Origin: Candidatus Caldarchaeum sp.
GTDB lineage: Archaea > Thermoproteota > Nitrososphaeria_A > Caldarchaeales > Caldarchaeaceae
NCBI GenBank assembly: GCA_038831915.1
Contig: JAWBKB010000005.1
Location: forward strand, 1-64,000
Length of the DNA: 64,000 nucleotides
Reading direction: 5' to 3'
This document shows positions 30,421 to 39,798 of the stretch, in pieces. The notes beneath the pieces are model-generated. The model was not told where the DNA came from. It did not search any database and was given only the letters and a program-made list of their open reading frames with translations. A program made the position numbers and the translations under genes. Each line of letters starts with the position of its first letter. The stretch's first letter is position 1.

Positions 30421-30541
30421 TTAAGATCATGACCAGCCTATGTATTTGACCCGCGTGCAAGCGGCCAGCCTTTCATGGTTTTATCTGACGCTGATTCGTT
30501 TGACAACCTCCAGCAACCTTCGTATTACTTTCCCTTCTGTA

Positions 30542-30615
30542 TGGACCGGGGGGGATTTGAACCCCCGACCTGTCGCGTGCAAGGCGACCATTCTTCCAGG
30601 CTGAACTACCGGCCC
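30542..30615 (-). tRNA. tRNA-Ala(TGC), intronless, CCA not encoded
   Basis: GGGCCGG...CCGGTCC-A acceptor with G3:U70; anticodon arm GTCGC-CTTGCAC-GCGAC; T arm GGGGG-TTCAAAT-CCCCC. Confidence 0.97.
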
Positions 30616-30793
30616 CATCGTCGTGTGAAACTAACTAACTTTAAAAAGTTTCTCGCCGTTTTCCGCCGCCCTTCAAAAACCTAAAGACCTTCGACATGTG
30701 ATTTCAGAGAAATTCTACAACGTTAATTTTTCATCTCCCGACTTCGTACCAAAATCTAAACAGGAGCGCTTACACAGCTGACCTCATTTTTTG

Positions 30794-30833
30794 TGCACTT
30801 GAAAGGTCCGGGGTTCAAATCCCTGCCGGTCCA
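30794..30833 (+). other. Orphan 3' half of an Ala-type tRNA
   Basis: TGCAC-TTGAA-AGGTC-CGGGG-TTCAAAT-CCCTG-CCGGTCC-A; no matching 5' half upstream. Confidence 0.75.
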
Positions 30834-30850
30834 TGTTTGTCGTGGGAAGG

Positions 30851-30985
30851 TTTAAATACGATGTTCGTTGCATGAATTCTAACTGAGGAGTGAGATTATT
30901 GCTTCGCGGGTTGTTTGTATAACCTGCTCCTCTGACGCGGCTTCCGTAGCTGTGGTTTTCGTCGTTTTTCCGGTGGGTGGTTTTC
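30851..30985 (+). promoter_or_regulatory. Promoter and long structured 5' leader of leuA-ilvB-ilvN-ilvC with a Leu-rich uORF
   Basis: TTTAAATA at 30851; uORF 30890-30922; hairpins 30885-30932 and 30936-30954; T-tracts 30956-30969. Confidence 0.45.
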
Positions 30986-32509
30986 ATGGCGTGGCGTGAA
31001 TTCTTAGGGTTGAATCTACCGTCGAGAGTCGTTGTTTTCGACACTACTTTGCGAGATGGTGAGCAGACGGCTGGCGCGGCTTTACGGCCTCATGACAAAA
31101 TACGGCTGGCCGAGGCGTTGGCTGATTTGGGAGTTGACGTCATCGAAGCTGGTTTTCCACCTGTATCTATGGGTGAGTCGTCGGCCATTAAAGAGATTTC
31201 ATCGATGGGTTTGCCGTCGAAAATCTGCGTTTTGTCGAGATGTGAAAAAATAGACATCGACGCCGCTGCCAAAGTAGACCCGGACTGGATACATGTTTTC
31301 ATAGCGACTTCCGACATCCATTTGCAACACAAGCTCAAGCTGACACGGGAACAAGCTCTTGAAAAAGCCGTTACTTCGGTTGAGTACGCGAAGTCGATGG
31401 GCTTCACCGTGCATTTCTCGGCTGAAGACGCAACCAGGACGGAGATGCCTTTCCTTCTTCATGTGTTCAAAAAGGTTGAAGAAGTTGGAGCCGACAGCGT
31501 CGACATTCCCGACACAGTTGGCACAGCTGTCCCACTCGCCATGAATAAAATTGTCAGCCAAGTTGTTAAGACTTTGAAAATTCCCGTCGCGGTGCACTGT
31601 CACGATGATTTTGGCCTCGCGGTCGCTAACTCTCTGGCGGGAGTTGAGGCAGGTGCTGAAATCGTTCATGGAACGATAAACGGTATTGGTGAAAGAGCTG
31701 GTAACGCGAGCCTCGAAGAAATCGTGGCCGCGTTGCGTTTTCTCTACGGTGTTGAAACTAACGTAAAATTTGAGAAGATTTACCGGGTTTCGAGGATGGT
31801 TGAACGACTTATGGGCATCGTTGTTCCCAAGAACAAAGCCATCGTCGGAGACAACGCTTTCGCGCATGAAAGCGGAATTCATGTTCACGGCATTCTCGGA
31901 AACCCCACCACCTACGAACCAGTCATGCCAGAGATTTTCGGCAGACGCCGACGCATCGTTTTCGGCAAACATTCGGGTATTCATGGGCTTGAAGCATTCC
32001 TGAAAGAATACGGGTTCACGGTGGAAAAAGAAAAGGTTTCGACAATCCTGAGGAAAATTAAAGAGCATGCTGACCAAGGCGGGAAAGTTTCGGAGGAAAC
32101 GGTTCTTTCTTATGCTCAAGAGGTTTATGGTCGCCGAAGCGTCCACCGTTCCTTCGTGAAAAATTTGTTCTTGATGTTGGCTGGAAATGTTTTCAAGGCT
32201 GAAGTGGATTTGATGATGGCGGGTGAACCTGTTTCAGGCGTTGGCGAAGGTTCTTCAGCTGTGGAAGCCGCCTTGAAAGCAGTTTCAAACGCTTTGCGGA
32301 AAATCATTGAAATGGACATCGTCGACGTCAAGGTTCACACACCTTATGGCGGAAGTCACAGCTCCGAGGCTGAGGTAACGATTTCCTGTAGAGGCGGTGA
32401 ATTCGTTGGAAGAGGCATTGGCTCCGACCCGTCGATTGCTGTTGTCTGGGCTGTCACCAGTGCGGCGCATCAGCTTTTGTTTGACCGACGGAGGTTGGAG
32501 GCTGAATGA
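30986..32509 (+). CDS. leuA: 2-isopropylmalate synthase (LeuA/CimA family; citramalate synthase not excluded)
   Basis: DTTLRDGEQ, HCHDDFG, GIGERAGNA, AFAHESGIH, C-terminal regulatory domain. SD-like GGTGGG precedes ATG 30986. Confidence 0.85.
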   Translation: MAWREFLGLNLPSRVVVFDTTLRDGEQTAGAALRPHDKIRLAEALADLGVDVIEAGFPPVSMGESSAIKEISSMGLPSKICVLSRCEKIDIDAAAKVDPDWIHVFIATSDIHLQHKLKLTREQALEKAVTSVEYAKSMGFTVHFSAEDATRTEMPFLLHVFKKVEEVGADSVDIPDTVGTAVPLAMNKIVSQVVKTLKIPVAVHCHDDFGLAVANSLAGVEAGAEIVHGTINGIGERAGNASLEEIVAALRFLYGVETNVKFEKIYRVSRMVERLMGIVVPKNKAIVGDNAFAHESGIHVHGILGNPTTYEPVMPEIFGRRRRIVFGKHSGIHGLEAFLKEYGFTVEKEKVSTILRKIKEHADQGGKVSEETVLSYAQEVYGRRSVHRSFVKNLFLMLAGNVFKAEVDLMMAGEPVSGVGEGSSAVEAALKAVSNALRKIIEMDIVDVKVHTPYGGSHSSEAEVTISCRGGEFVGRGIGSDPSIAVVWAVTSAAHQLLFDRRRLEAE

Positions 32510-34236
32510 GGGCGGCTGACGCGCTGGTCAAGGCTATGGAGAAGCGGGGAGTCGAATATGTTTTCGGCATTCCCGGCGGGGCTAACATGCCTTTCTATGA
32601 CGCTTTGAAGGATTCTGATATTCGGAGCGTGTTGGTGCGTCATGAGCAGCAGGCGGTTCACGCGGCTGAAGGATATGCACGGGTTAAGGGAAGGCCGGGA
32701 GTGTGCAGCGGAACTTCGGGCCCTGGTGCTACCAACCTGATCACAGGGCTTGTCGACGCCTACATGGACAGCACTCCCGTGGTAGCGATAACTGGGCAGG
32801 TTGTCCGAGCGTTTATGGGGACCGATGCTTTTCAGGAAGCCGACATCGTCGGCCTCGTTTTACCGCACATCAAATACGCTGTAACCGTGAAAGACCCTCA
32901 CCGCGTGGTGCAGGAATTCGTTAACGCCTACAGCATCGCCGCCAACCTTAGGCCCGGGCCAACGCTCATCGACCTTCCACGCGACGTTCAGCTAGAAGAA
33001 GTAGAGAACCAAATCGACGTAAAGCCCGAACCGCTTTTCGCGAAACCACTTCCCGAACCCGACATCGAATCAATCAAAAGGGCTGCGACGCTGATAGCGG
33101 AGTCGGAGAAACCCGTGGTGTTGGTGGGCGGTGGAGGGGTTTACAGCATGGCAGGCCGTGAAATTCTTGAGCTCGCTGAACACATCGCGGCTCCGATTGT
33201 GTTGACCACGATGGGCAAGGGAGCTGTCCCCGAAGACCATCCACTTGTCCTCGGAGTCGTCGGCATGCATGGAAGGGTAGAAGCCGACCTCGCCGTCATC
33301 GAATCAGACCTCGTAATCTGCGTCGGAACCCGTCTATCTGACAGAGCCATCGGGCCCGCGAAAGATTTCGAGAAAAACCGTAAAATCATCCACATAGACA
33401 TCGACACCAGCGAATTCGGCAAAAACGTGAAGCCGACGGTTTCTCTTCCCGGTGATTGTCGACGTGTTCTGGCGGAGCTCGTCGAATACACGAAACATGT
33501 AGTCGCTAAAAGGCCTGAAAGCATGTTGGCGAAAAAACTGCGTGAAATCGGGCAGGCGTATGATGAATACATGATGTCGCTCGACGACGGAACTATTCTT
33601 CATTCATGGAAAGTAGTTTCGCTTTTGACGGATGCCCTTCCGCCAGACACAATCGTAACAACCGGCGTTGGCCAGCATCAAATGTGGGCTCAGCTTTTCT
33701 GGAAGAACCGTGCCCCTCGCACTTGGATTACGAGCGGAGGGCTGGGCACGATGGGTTTCGGGCTTCCAGCGGCTTTTGGGGCGAAGGCAGCTGCTCCTGA
33801 TAGAGTTGTAGTTGACCTCGACGGTGACGGCAGCTTCTTGATGACTTGTCAAACGCTTGCATGCGTGGCTGACTACGACCTGCCTGTTATCACGGTTATC
33901 TTCGACAACCGTTCGCTGGGAATGGTGAAACAGTGGCAGGACATGTTCTACAACAAACGTTACAAAGACGTTGAATACAACGACCGCACAGATTTGGTTA
34001 AGCTTTCCGAGGCTTTCGGCGTGGAGGCGGTCAGGGTTGAAAGCTATGATGAACTGCTGAAAGTGGTTACACGGGCTGCGAGAACAAATACCGCTTTGAC
34101 AGTCGATGTTCCAGTCGACGTTGGCGAGCTCGTGTTCCCGATGGTTCCGCCGGGTAAATGGCTGGAGGACGTGAAGCTTCCGCCCGGTTTTGACCTTAGC
34201 CAGCGAGTTGTCGCAGCAGGCAAAACAACAGCGTGA
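32506..34236 (+). CDS. ilvB: Acetolactate synthase large subunit
   Basis: FGIPGG, RHEQ, TSGPGATN, DAFQEAD, GVGQHQMW, DGDGSF. Confidence 0.96.
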   Translation: MRAADALVKAMEKRGVEYVFGIPGGANMPFYDALKDSDIRSVLVRHEQQAVHAAEGYARVKGRPGVCSGTSGPGATNLITGLVDAYMDSTPVVAITGQVVRAFMGTDAFQEADIVGLVLPHIKYAVTVKDPHRVVQEFVNAYSIAANLRPGPTLIDLPRDVQLEEVENQIDVKPEPLFAKPLPEPDIESIKRAATLIAESEKPVVLVGGGGVYSMAGREILELAEHIAAPIVLTTMGKGAVPEDHPLVLGVVGMHGRVEADLAVIESDLVICVGTRLSDRAIGPAKDFEKNRKIIHIDIDTSEFGKNVKPTVSLPGDCRRVLAELVEYTKHVVAKRPESMLAKKLREIGQAYDEYMMSLDDGTILHSWKVVSLLTDALPPDTIVTTGVGQHQMWAQLFWKNRAPRTWITSGGLGTMGFGLPAAFGAKAAAPDRVVVDLDGDGSFLMTCQTLACVADYDLPVITVIFDNRSLGMVKQWQDMFYNKRYKDVEYNDRTDLVKLSEAFGVEAVRVESYDELLKVVTRAARTNTALTVDVPVDVGELVFPMVPPGKWLEDVKLPPGFDLSQRVVAAGKTTA

Positions 34237-34481
34237 AGCCCACAATGAAATTTATTGTTTTCGTGGAGCTCGTCAACAGCCACGACGCGGTTGCGAAAAT
34301 GCTGCTCACGGTAAAACAAGGCAACCTCAACATAGAATCCATAAACATCCACCGCACCGACGGTAACACGCTTGCCGCCATCATGCTTCTCGAAGGTGAA
34401 GAAAGAAAAGCCGAATGGCTCACCAACAAACTCCTCAACTTCCCCTACTACCGTTCAGCCAGCCTTCTAAAACAAGTCTAA
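34233..34481 (+). CDS. ilvN: Acetolactate synthase small (ACT-only) subunit
   Basis: ACT-like NIESINI motif; positioned between ilvB and ilvC. Confidence 0.7.
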   Translation: MKPTMKFIVFVELVNSHDAVAKMLLTVKQGNLNIESINIHRTDGNTLAAIMLLEGEERKAEWLTNKLLNFPYYRSASLLKQV

Positions 34482-34507
34482 TACCGACCATGTAGGGATA
34501 ACTAGCC

Positions 34508-35485
34508 ATGAAAGTGTACTACGACGCCGATATTTCGCTTGACGTTTTGAAGAATAAGACTATCGCTGTCATAGGCTACGGCAGCCAAGGATGTGCACAG
34601 GCCTTGAACATGCGTGATTCCGGGCTTGACGTCGTGGTGGGTCTCCGTGAAGGAGGCTCTTCATGGCAAAAAGCTGTGGAAGACGGGTTTAAACCGTTGA
34701 CGATTGAAGAAGCTTCGCGTCAAGGAGACGTCATTCACATTCTCATCCCCGACCCTGAACAACCGCTTCTCTACCGGGAAAAAATCAGACAACATCTCCG
34801 CGAAGGTAAAACACTCGGTTTCTCACATGGATACAACATTCACTACCGTCAGATTGTTCCGCCGCCGAATGTTGATGTGGTGTTGATGGCTCCTAAATCA
34901 CCGGGGCCGCGGATGCGTGAACTTTATCTGCAGGGGAAAGGCGTGCCCGCGCTCGTCGGTGTTGCCCAGAACTACACGGGCAAAGCTCTTGAGACAGCGT
35001 TGGCGATGGCGAAGGCGAACGGCTGTTCAAGAGCCGGAGTGATTGAAACAACTTTCAAGGACGAAACCGAGACTGACCTTTTCGGCGAGCAGGCTGTTCT
35101 CGTCGGCGGCGTTATGGAGCTTATCCGCAACGGCTTCGAAGTTCTGGTGGAAAACGGCTACCCACCCGAGCTCGCATACTTCGAAGTGTTGAACGAGTTG
35201 AAGCTTATCGTCGACCTCATCTACCAAGGCGGGATGACTCATATGCTTAAGGCTGTTTCAGACACGGCTAAGTATGGAGGCCTGACTGTTGGTCCTCAAA
35301 TCGTCGACAACCATGTCAGGCAGAACATGGAGAAAGCACTCGCCCGCATCAGGTCAGGCGAATTCGTGGAAACATGGACAGGAAACCCAAACGCCTACGA
35401 AACACTCAACGAACTCATGAAGAAAATAAGCGAACATCCGATAGAAAAAGTCGGCGAAAAAATCCGCAAAATGGCGAACATCTAA
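34508..35485 (+). CDS. ilvC: Ketol-acid reductoisomerase
   Basis: [34 protein letters not shown]. Confidence 0.97.
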   Translation: MKVYYDADISLDVLKNKTIAVIGYGSQGCAQALNMRDSGLDVVVGLREGGSSWQKAVEDGFKPLTIEEASRQGDVIHILIPDPEQPLLYREKIRQHLREGKTLGFSHGYNIHYRQIVPPPNVDVVLMAPKSPGPRMRELYLQGKGVPALVGVAQNYTGKALETALAMAKANGCSRAGVIETTFKDETETDLFGEQAVLVGGVMELIRNGFEVLVENGYPPELAYFEVLNELKLIVDLIYQGGMTHMLKAVSDTAKYGGLTVGPQIVDNHVRQNMEKALARIRSGEFVETWTGNPNAYETLNELMKKISEHPIEKVGEKIRKMANI

Positions 35486-35964
35486 ATTTTTTCGAACCGT
35501 CTGTAGAGATAAATCACTTTCCCGTGTTTTTTCTCTGCTTCGGATGGAATTAGGCCCGGAATTCGGAAATCATGTGAAACTATGCGGGCGCCGCGTCGTA
35601 GAGCGTTTTCAAGCCTAGGCCTGACCTGTGTGAGTAGGTCTGGTGTTAAGTAGAGGGTTATTACGTCGACGTTTTCGATGTTTGCTCGAGTCAGGTCAGC
35701 TTGGATGACTTGGACGTATTCGTCGAGGCGTTTGATTTTCGCCGATTGTCTGACGTGGTTGACGAGTGCAGGCCTGATTTCATATCCTATTGCATGGGCT
35801 TTATATCGTTCAGCTGCCGTGAAAAGAATTCTGCCATCGCCGCATCCGAGGTCCACGACGGTCTCTCCTTCATCTACTCCCGCGAGGTCGAGCATGTGGT
35901 AAACCACCGGCATAGGTGTGGGCACGAACGGAACAAGTTTCCTCATTTCCCACACCTCCGGCAC
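35482..35964 (-). CDS. SAM-dependent protein-lysine methyltransferase (archaeal aKMT/FAM173-like)
   Basis: [24 protein letters not shown]-terminal IYLY. Confidence 0.8.
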   Translation of the reverse strand: MPEVWEMRKLVPFVPTPMPVVYHMLDLAGVDEGETVVDLGCGDGRILFTAAERYKAHAIGYEIRPALVNHVRQSAKIKRLDEYVQVIQADLTRANIENVDVITLYLTPDLLTQVRPRLENALRRGARIVSHDFRIPGLIPSEAEKKHGKVIYLYRRFEKI

Positions 35965-35972
35965 CGGAAAAA

Positions 35973-36617
35973 CTATTCTACTATTATTCCACGGGGCTTG
36001 GGTTTAAGATATTCGGGCATCCTTGATTCGTATTCGATGATTTTGCCGCTGTATTTTTCGAGAGTTGTCTGGATGTCGTCGAGGCCTTTCATCAGTCTTT
36101 CACGGATGTGTGGCTCCATGTTGAAGGAGATTGTTTCGCCTGCGTATGAAACCGTCTGTGACTGCAGGTCAACCGAAACCAGCAAATTTCCTGATTTCGC
36201 CATGTTTCTTAGCTTCGCGACGTTTTCCTCCGATAGCTTGACGCAGACCAGCCCGTTTTTGCTGGCGTTGCCGTAGAAGATGTCGCCGAAACTTGAAGCA
36301 ATCACGCAACGTATTCCAAAGTCGGTCAAAGCCCATACGGCGTTTTCACGGCTTGAGCCGATGCCGAAATTACGGCCCGCCACGAGAATCTTCGCATCCC
36401 GGAAATCAGGCCTGTCCAAGACGAAATCACCTTTCAAACCGCCTTTCTCATCATACCGCCACCGATAGAAAAGATACTTCCCAAGGCCTTTCCTCTCGAT
36501 GACTTTGAGAAATTCCGCTGGGATGATTTGGTCTGTGTCAACGTCATCCGCTTCGAGCGGAGCAGCTTTACCAACTACACGGACAACTGGTTCAGGCACG
36601 GAAACAGTTTGAAACAT
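35973..36617 (-). CDS. leuD: 3-isopropylmalate dehydratase small subunit (start ATG 36617 or GTG 36599)
   Basis: DVDTDQIIP, NFGIGSSRENA, SFGDIFYGN, GLDDI. Confidence 0.93.
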   Translation of the reverse strand: MFQTVSVPEPVVRVVGKAAPLEADDVDTDQIIPAEFLKVIERKGLGKYLFYRWRYDEKGGLKGDFVLDRPDFRDAKILVAGRNFGIGSSRENAVWALTDFGIRCVIASSFGDIFYGNASKNGLVCVKLSEENVAKLRNMAKSGNLLVSVDLQSQTVSYAGETISFNMEPHIRERLMKGLDDIQTTLEKYSGKIIEYESRMPEYLKPKPRGIIVE

Positions 36618-36654
36618 CCATCTATATAAACAGAAACCTCCAATCATTAAATCC

Positions 36655-37608
36655 GTGAAAAACTCATCTAACACCGTGGTGGGTTCTGAAGCGATAGTGG
36701 TCGAACAGCTGACCAAAAGATACGGTGAATTGGTCGCTGTTGACCATGTATCGTTCACCGTTCGTGAAGGAGAAGTTTTTTCTCTGCTGGGCCCTAACGG
36801 TGCGGGAAAAACAACCACGGTGGAGATGCTGGAATGTCTCCGAACACCTGATTCGGGAGACGCTTATATCAAAGGTCTGAGCATCCGAGACCCTTCAAAC
36901 GTGCAGCGTATTAAAAAGCTAATAGGTGTTTTGCCTCAGGAGTTTAACGCGGTGGAAAATCTTTCGATTTACGAGAATGTGGAGCTTGCCGCCGCTGCTA
37001 AACAGTCTAAAGACGTGAAAGAAGTTTTGGATGCTCTTGGGCTTTGGGATATTCGGGGAAGGATGTTTGGCAAGCTTTCTGGCGGGTTGAAACGTAAGGT
37101 TGGAATCGCGATGGCCTTGGTTGGAAACCCTGAAATCGTTTTCCTCGATGAGCCTACGACGGGCCTTGACCCGCAGGCGCGAAGAGAAACATGGCTCTAC
37201 ATCAAGCGACTCAAACAATCCGGCGTAACCGTCGTCCTCACCACACATTACATGGAGGAAGCGGAAAAACTCAGCGACCATGTAACAATCATCGTCAAAG
37301 GAAGAATCGCGGTGCAGGGCGAAGTCAAACTACTCATCAATCAACACGGTGGAAAAGCAAAGCTACTATTCGAAGAGCTCGACGACCATGTGCAGAACGT
37401 GTTAAAGGAAAAAGGATACGAAGTCGAAGCCAACGTCAGAGGCCACGTCATCGTCAAAATCGAAAAAGAATCAGACCTCTACGACGTGTTGTCAATTCTG
37501 CGCGAAACCGGTAGCGAGGCTTATCCCGAAATCCGAAGAGCTGGGCTGGAGGACGTTTTTCTCAAGGTCATCGGGTCGAAGCTGAGCGAGACAGGTGAAT
37601 TAATTTGA
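36655..37608 (+). CDS. ABC-2 exporter ATP-binding protein
   Basis: GPNGAGKTT, LSGG, FLDEPTTGLDP, TTHYMEEAE. Confidence 0.93.
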   Translation: MKNSSNTVVGSEAIVVEQLTKRYGELVAVDHVSFTVREGEVFSLLGPNGAGKTTTVEMLECLRTPDSGDAYIKGLSIRDPSNVQRIKKLIGVLPQEFNAVENLSIYENVELAAAAKQSKDVKEVLDALGLWDIRGRMFGKLSGGLKRKVGIAMALVGNPEIVFLDEPTTGLDPQARRETWLYIKRLKQSGVTVVLTTHYMEEAEKLSDHVTIIVKGRIAVQGEVKLLINQHGGKAKLLFEELDDHVQNVLKEKGYEVEANVRGHVIVKIEKESDLYDVLSILRETGSEAYPEIRRAGLEDVFLKVIGSKLSETGELI

Positions 37609-38846
37609 AAACGTTTCCGACTCTGGTCAAGCTTCTTTTCAAAACATGGATGCGCGATAAAACGAGCATCTTCTTTGGAATTCTTTTTCCCGTGATGCTT
37701 CTCCTAGTTTTTGGAAGCATTTTCGGCGGCGCTTCCCCACCCAACTACACTCTGTATGTGCGAAACCTCGACATCGACCAGAACAACGAACCCGGGTTTC
37801 TCTCGCAGGCGTTCATCGAAGCTTTGAACAACAGTGTATTCGAAGTGATACTTCTCAAACCCTACGACCCGATTCCACGCAGCACAGGATTCGCCGCTGT
37901 GCGTATCCTCACCATTCCAAAAGGATTTACCAGTAATTTGCTAAACATGACGATGGTCAACCGCATCGACATAACGGCGGATACCATCATGAAAATGGAG
38001 GAAATGGCTGGCAAAAACATTCCTCCGGAAACACGGGCGAACATCACGGCATCGATGCAAGGCATGCGGATTTTCAGAGAAATGATAAAAGCAGAGAAAA
38101 ACATCCTCATGGTTGAAGGAAGCGCCGACGACCGCGTTCTCCCAGCCATCGAAGGAATGATAAACATCATAGCGTCCAAATTCGAGCTCACGTTGCTCAA
38201 CGCCTCATCCGCAATCGAAGTAAAAACCGAGCTTATTCAAATGAAGCAGATGCGCCCTGTTGACTATTATCTACCAGGATACATCGCCGCGTTCATCATG
38301 TCGAATGGTTTGATAGGGGTCTCGTCGATGGTCAGCGATTTGAACAGAAGACATGTAACCAAGCTATTGGCTTCGACTCCGCTTTCGAAGTCTCTGTGGA
38401 TTGTCTCGCTGCTTGTCGTTCAGACCTTTGCGTCTCTGATTTTGACATCTGTGATGATATTAGTCGGCTGGCTCGTGTTCCGGATAAGCGTGATTCCCGA
38501 CATCTACAGCTTAGCGGTGATTTTCATCGGGACCTTGGCTTTCACCGGGTTCGGAATCCTTATCGGCGGCGCCGTAAAAGAAGCCGAAGCTGTCACAGCT
38601 CTCGGAAATGCTCTCGCATTCCCGATGATGTTTCTTTCAGGAGCTTTTTGGCCTGTGGAGCTAATGCCCCCATTCATGCAACAGGTCGCGCGTTTTGTCC
38701 CACTATTCTATTTCCACAACGCTTTGAGGATGACGCTCATCGCCGGCAGTGTTGAAGAAGCATTTTTCCCCACTTTGATAGTGATGGGCCTCGCAGCCGT
38801 TGGAATAATCCTCGCCATCCAAGTGACCAAGTGGCGCGACTTTTAG
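37605..38846 (+). CDS. ABC-2 exporter permease
   Basis: TM1, large extracytoplasmic loop, YYLPG, PMMFLSGAFWP. Confidence 0.9.
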   Translation: MKTFPTLVKLLFKTWMRDKTSIFFGILFPVMLLLVFGSIFGGASPPNYTLYVRNLDIDQNNEPGFLSQAFIEALNNSVFEVILLKPYDPIPRSTGFAAVRILTIPKGFTSNLLNMTMVNRIDITADTIMKMEEMAGKNIPPETRANITASMQGMRIFREMIKAEKNILMVEGSADDRVLPAIEGMINIIASKFELTLLNASSAIEVKTELIQMKQMRPVDYYLPGYIAAFIMSNGLIGVSSMVSDLNRRHVTKLLASTPLSKSLWIVSLLVVQTFASLILTSVMILVGWLVFRISVIPDIYSLAVIFIGTLAFTGFGILIGGAVKEAEAVTALGNALAFPMMFLSGAFWPVELMPPFMQQVARFVPLFYFHNALRMTLIAGSVEEAFFPTLIVMGLAAVGIILAIQVTKWRDF

Positions 38847-39736
38847 CCAAACTCATCCCGTAAAACGGGAACAACTTTTTCACCGATTTTGCGACATCCA
38901 TCGACGATGTTCGCTGCAATAGGGTGGCCGAAAACCAGATGGTTGACGCCGTTTTTCAGCAACTTCACCGACTTTTCGACCACATCATCCACATCACCGT
39001 GGATAGAGAAATTGTCCAACACACAGGCGGCCACCTCATCATCTACATCCGACAAATCCTCCAGCCGTAGGCCCGCGTATTCCATCATAGGCGAGCCGTC
39101 GACCAAGTCAACCACGTACCGGAGAAGAACATTCAAAAATTGCCTCTGTTCATTCTGTTTCTCTGAAAGAAAGGTGAAAGGCCTCGCCACAAGCTCTTTT
39201 CCAGCTCCACCGGCCTCGTCCATCCACTTCCTCATCATAGCCGCGTAGATTGGGTTGGCGAGGTTGTCAACAACAACTCCATCAACGACACTTGACTTCG
39301 CAGCTGCTCTCGTCAGTAAGGGCCCGCTCGTGCCAACGTAGATAACCGGTGGCTTACCGAGGGCCCAATCCATCCGAGCCATATGTGCAACAACTTGCTC
39401 AACGTGTTCGACCACTTCTTTGATGGTTGCCCTACGTTCACCCATGTAGGCGCCGCGTGAAATTCCCAGCACAGCGCCTGGAGAAACTGACGCCAGATAC
39501 GCCGCAAACCTCGCGTTCACATGTGGGCTGTAAAGATTCGCCGGCACCGTCACTGGGCCAACAAGTACTCTTCTTAGGAATGGCGCAACCGAGAAGCAAA
39601 TACCCCAAGCAGGCCTGTAAGGCAGATGCTCGTAAACCTGCAGAGAATAAAACGCGTATTCATCAACGGTTTTAGCAACTTCGAGAAGGGCGGAAAATGG
39701 TTTATCGCCTTCGACGACTACGCTGACCTTCACCAT
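38843..39736 (-). CDS. Luciferase-like (LLM) flavin/F420-dependent oxidoreductase, Mer-like
   Basis: EH motif, LGISRG, IYVGTSGP, GDVDDVVEK..L...GVNHLVFGHP. Confidence 0.75.
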   Translation of the reverse strand: MVKVSVVVEGDKPFSALLEVAKTVDEYAFYSLQVYEHLPYRPAWGICFSVAPFLRRVLVGPVTVPANLYSPHVNARFAAYLASVSPGAVLGISRGAYMGERRATIKEVVEHVEQVVAHMARMDWALGKPPVIYVGTSGPLLTRAAAKSSVVDGVVVDNLANPIYAAMMRKWMDEAGGAGKELVARPFTFLSEKQNEQRQFLNVLLRYVVDLVDGSPMMEYAGLRLEDLSDVDDEVAACVLDNFSIHGDVDDVVEKSVKLLKNGVNHLVFGHPIAANIVDGCRKIGEKVVPVLRDEFG

Positions 39737-39798
39737 CCACTCTCATCGGAAAACGAAAACATACAAATGTTTAGAAACAACTCGAAGCGGAAAAAACC

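Noticed and set aside
31199-32146. 315-aa antisense ORF, and similar shadow ORFs such as 33604-34245, 60172-60822, 54349-54939 and 262-774
   Set aside because: They lie opposite well-supported genes and have no motifs; typical antisense shadows of biased codon usage.
36618-36818. Long N-terminal extensions in the ORF track for leuD, and likewise for ORFs starting at 61560, 7027 and 55299
   Set aside because: They overlap divergent genes or promoters; homology and TATA positions support shorter starts.
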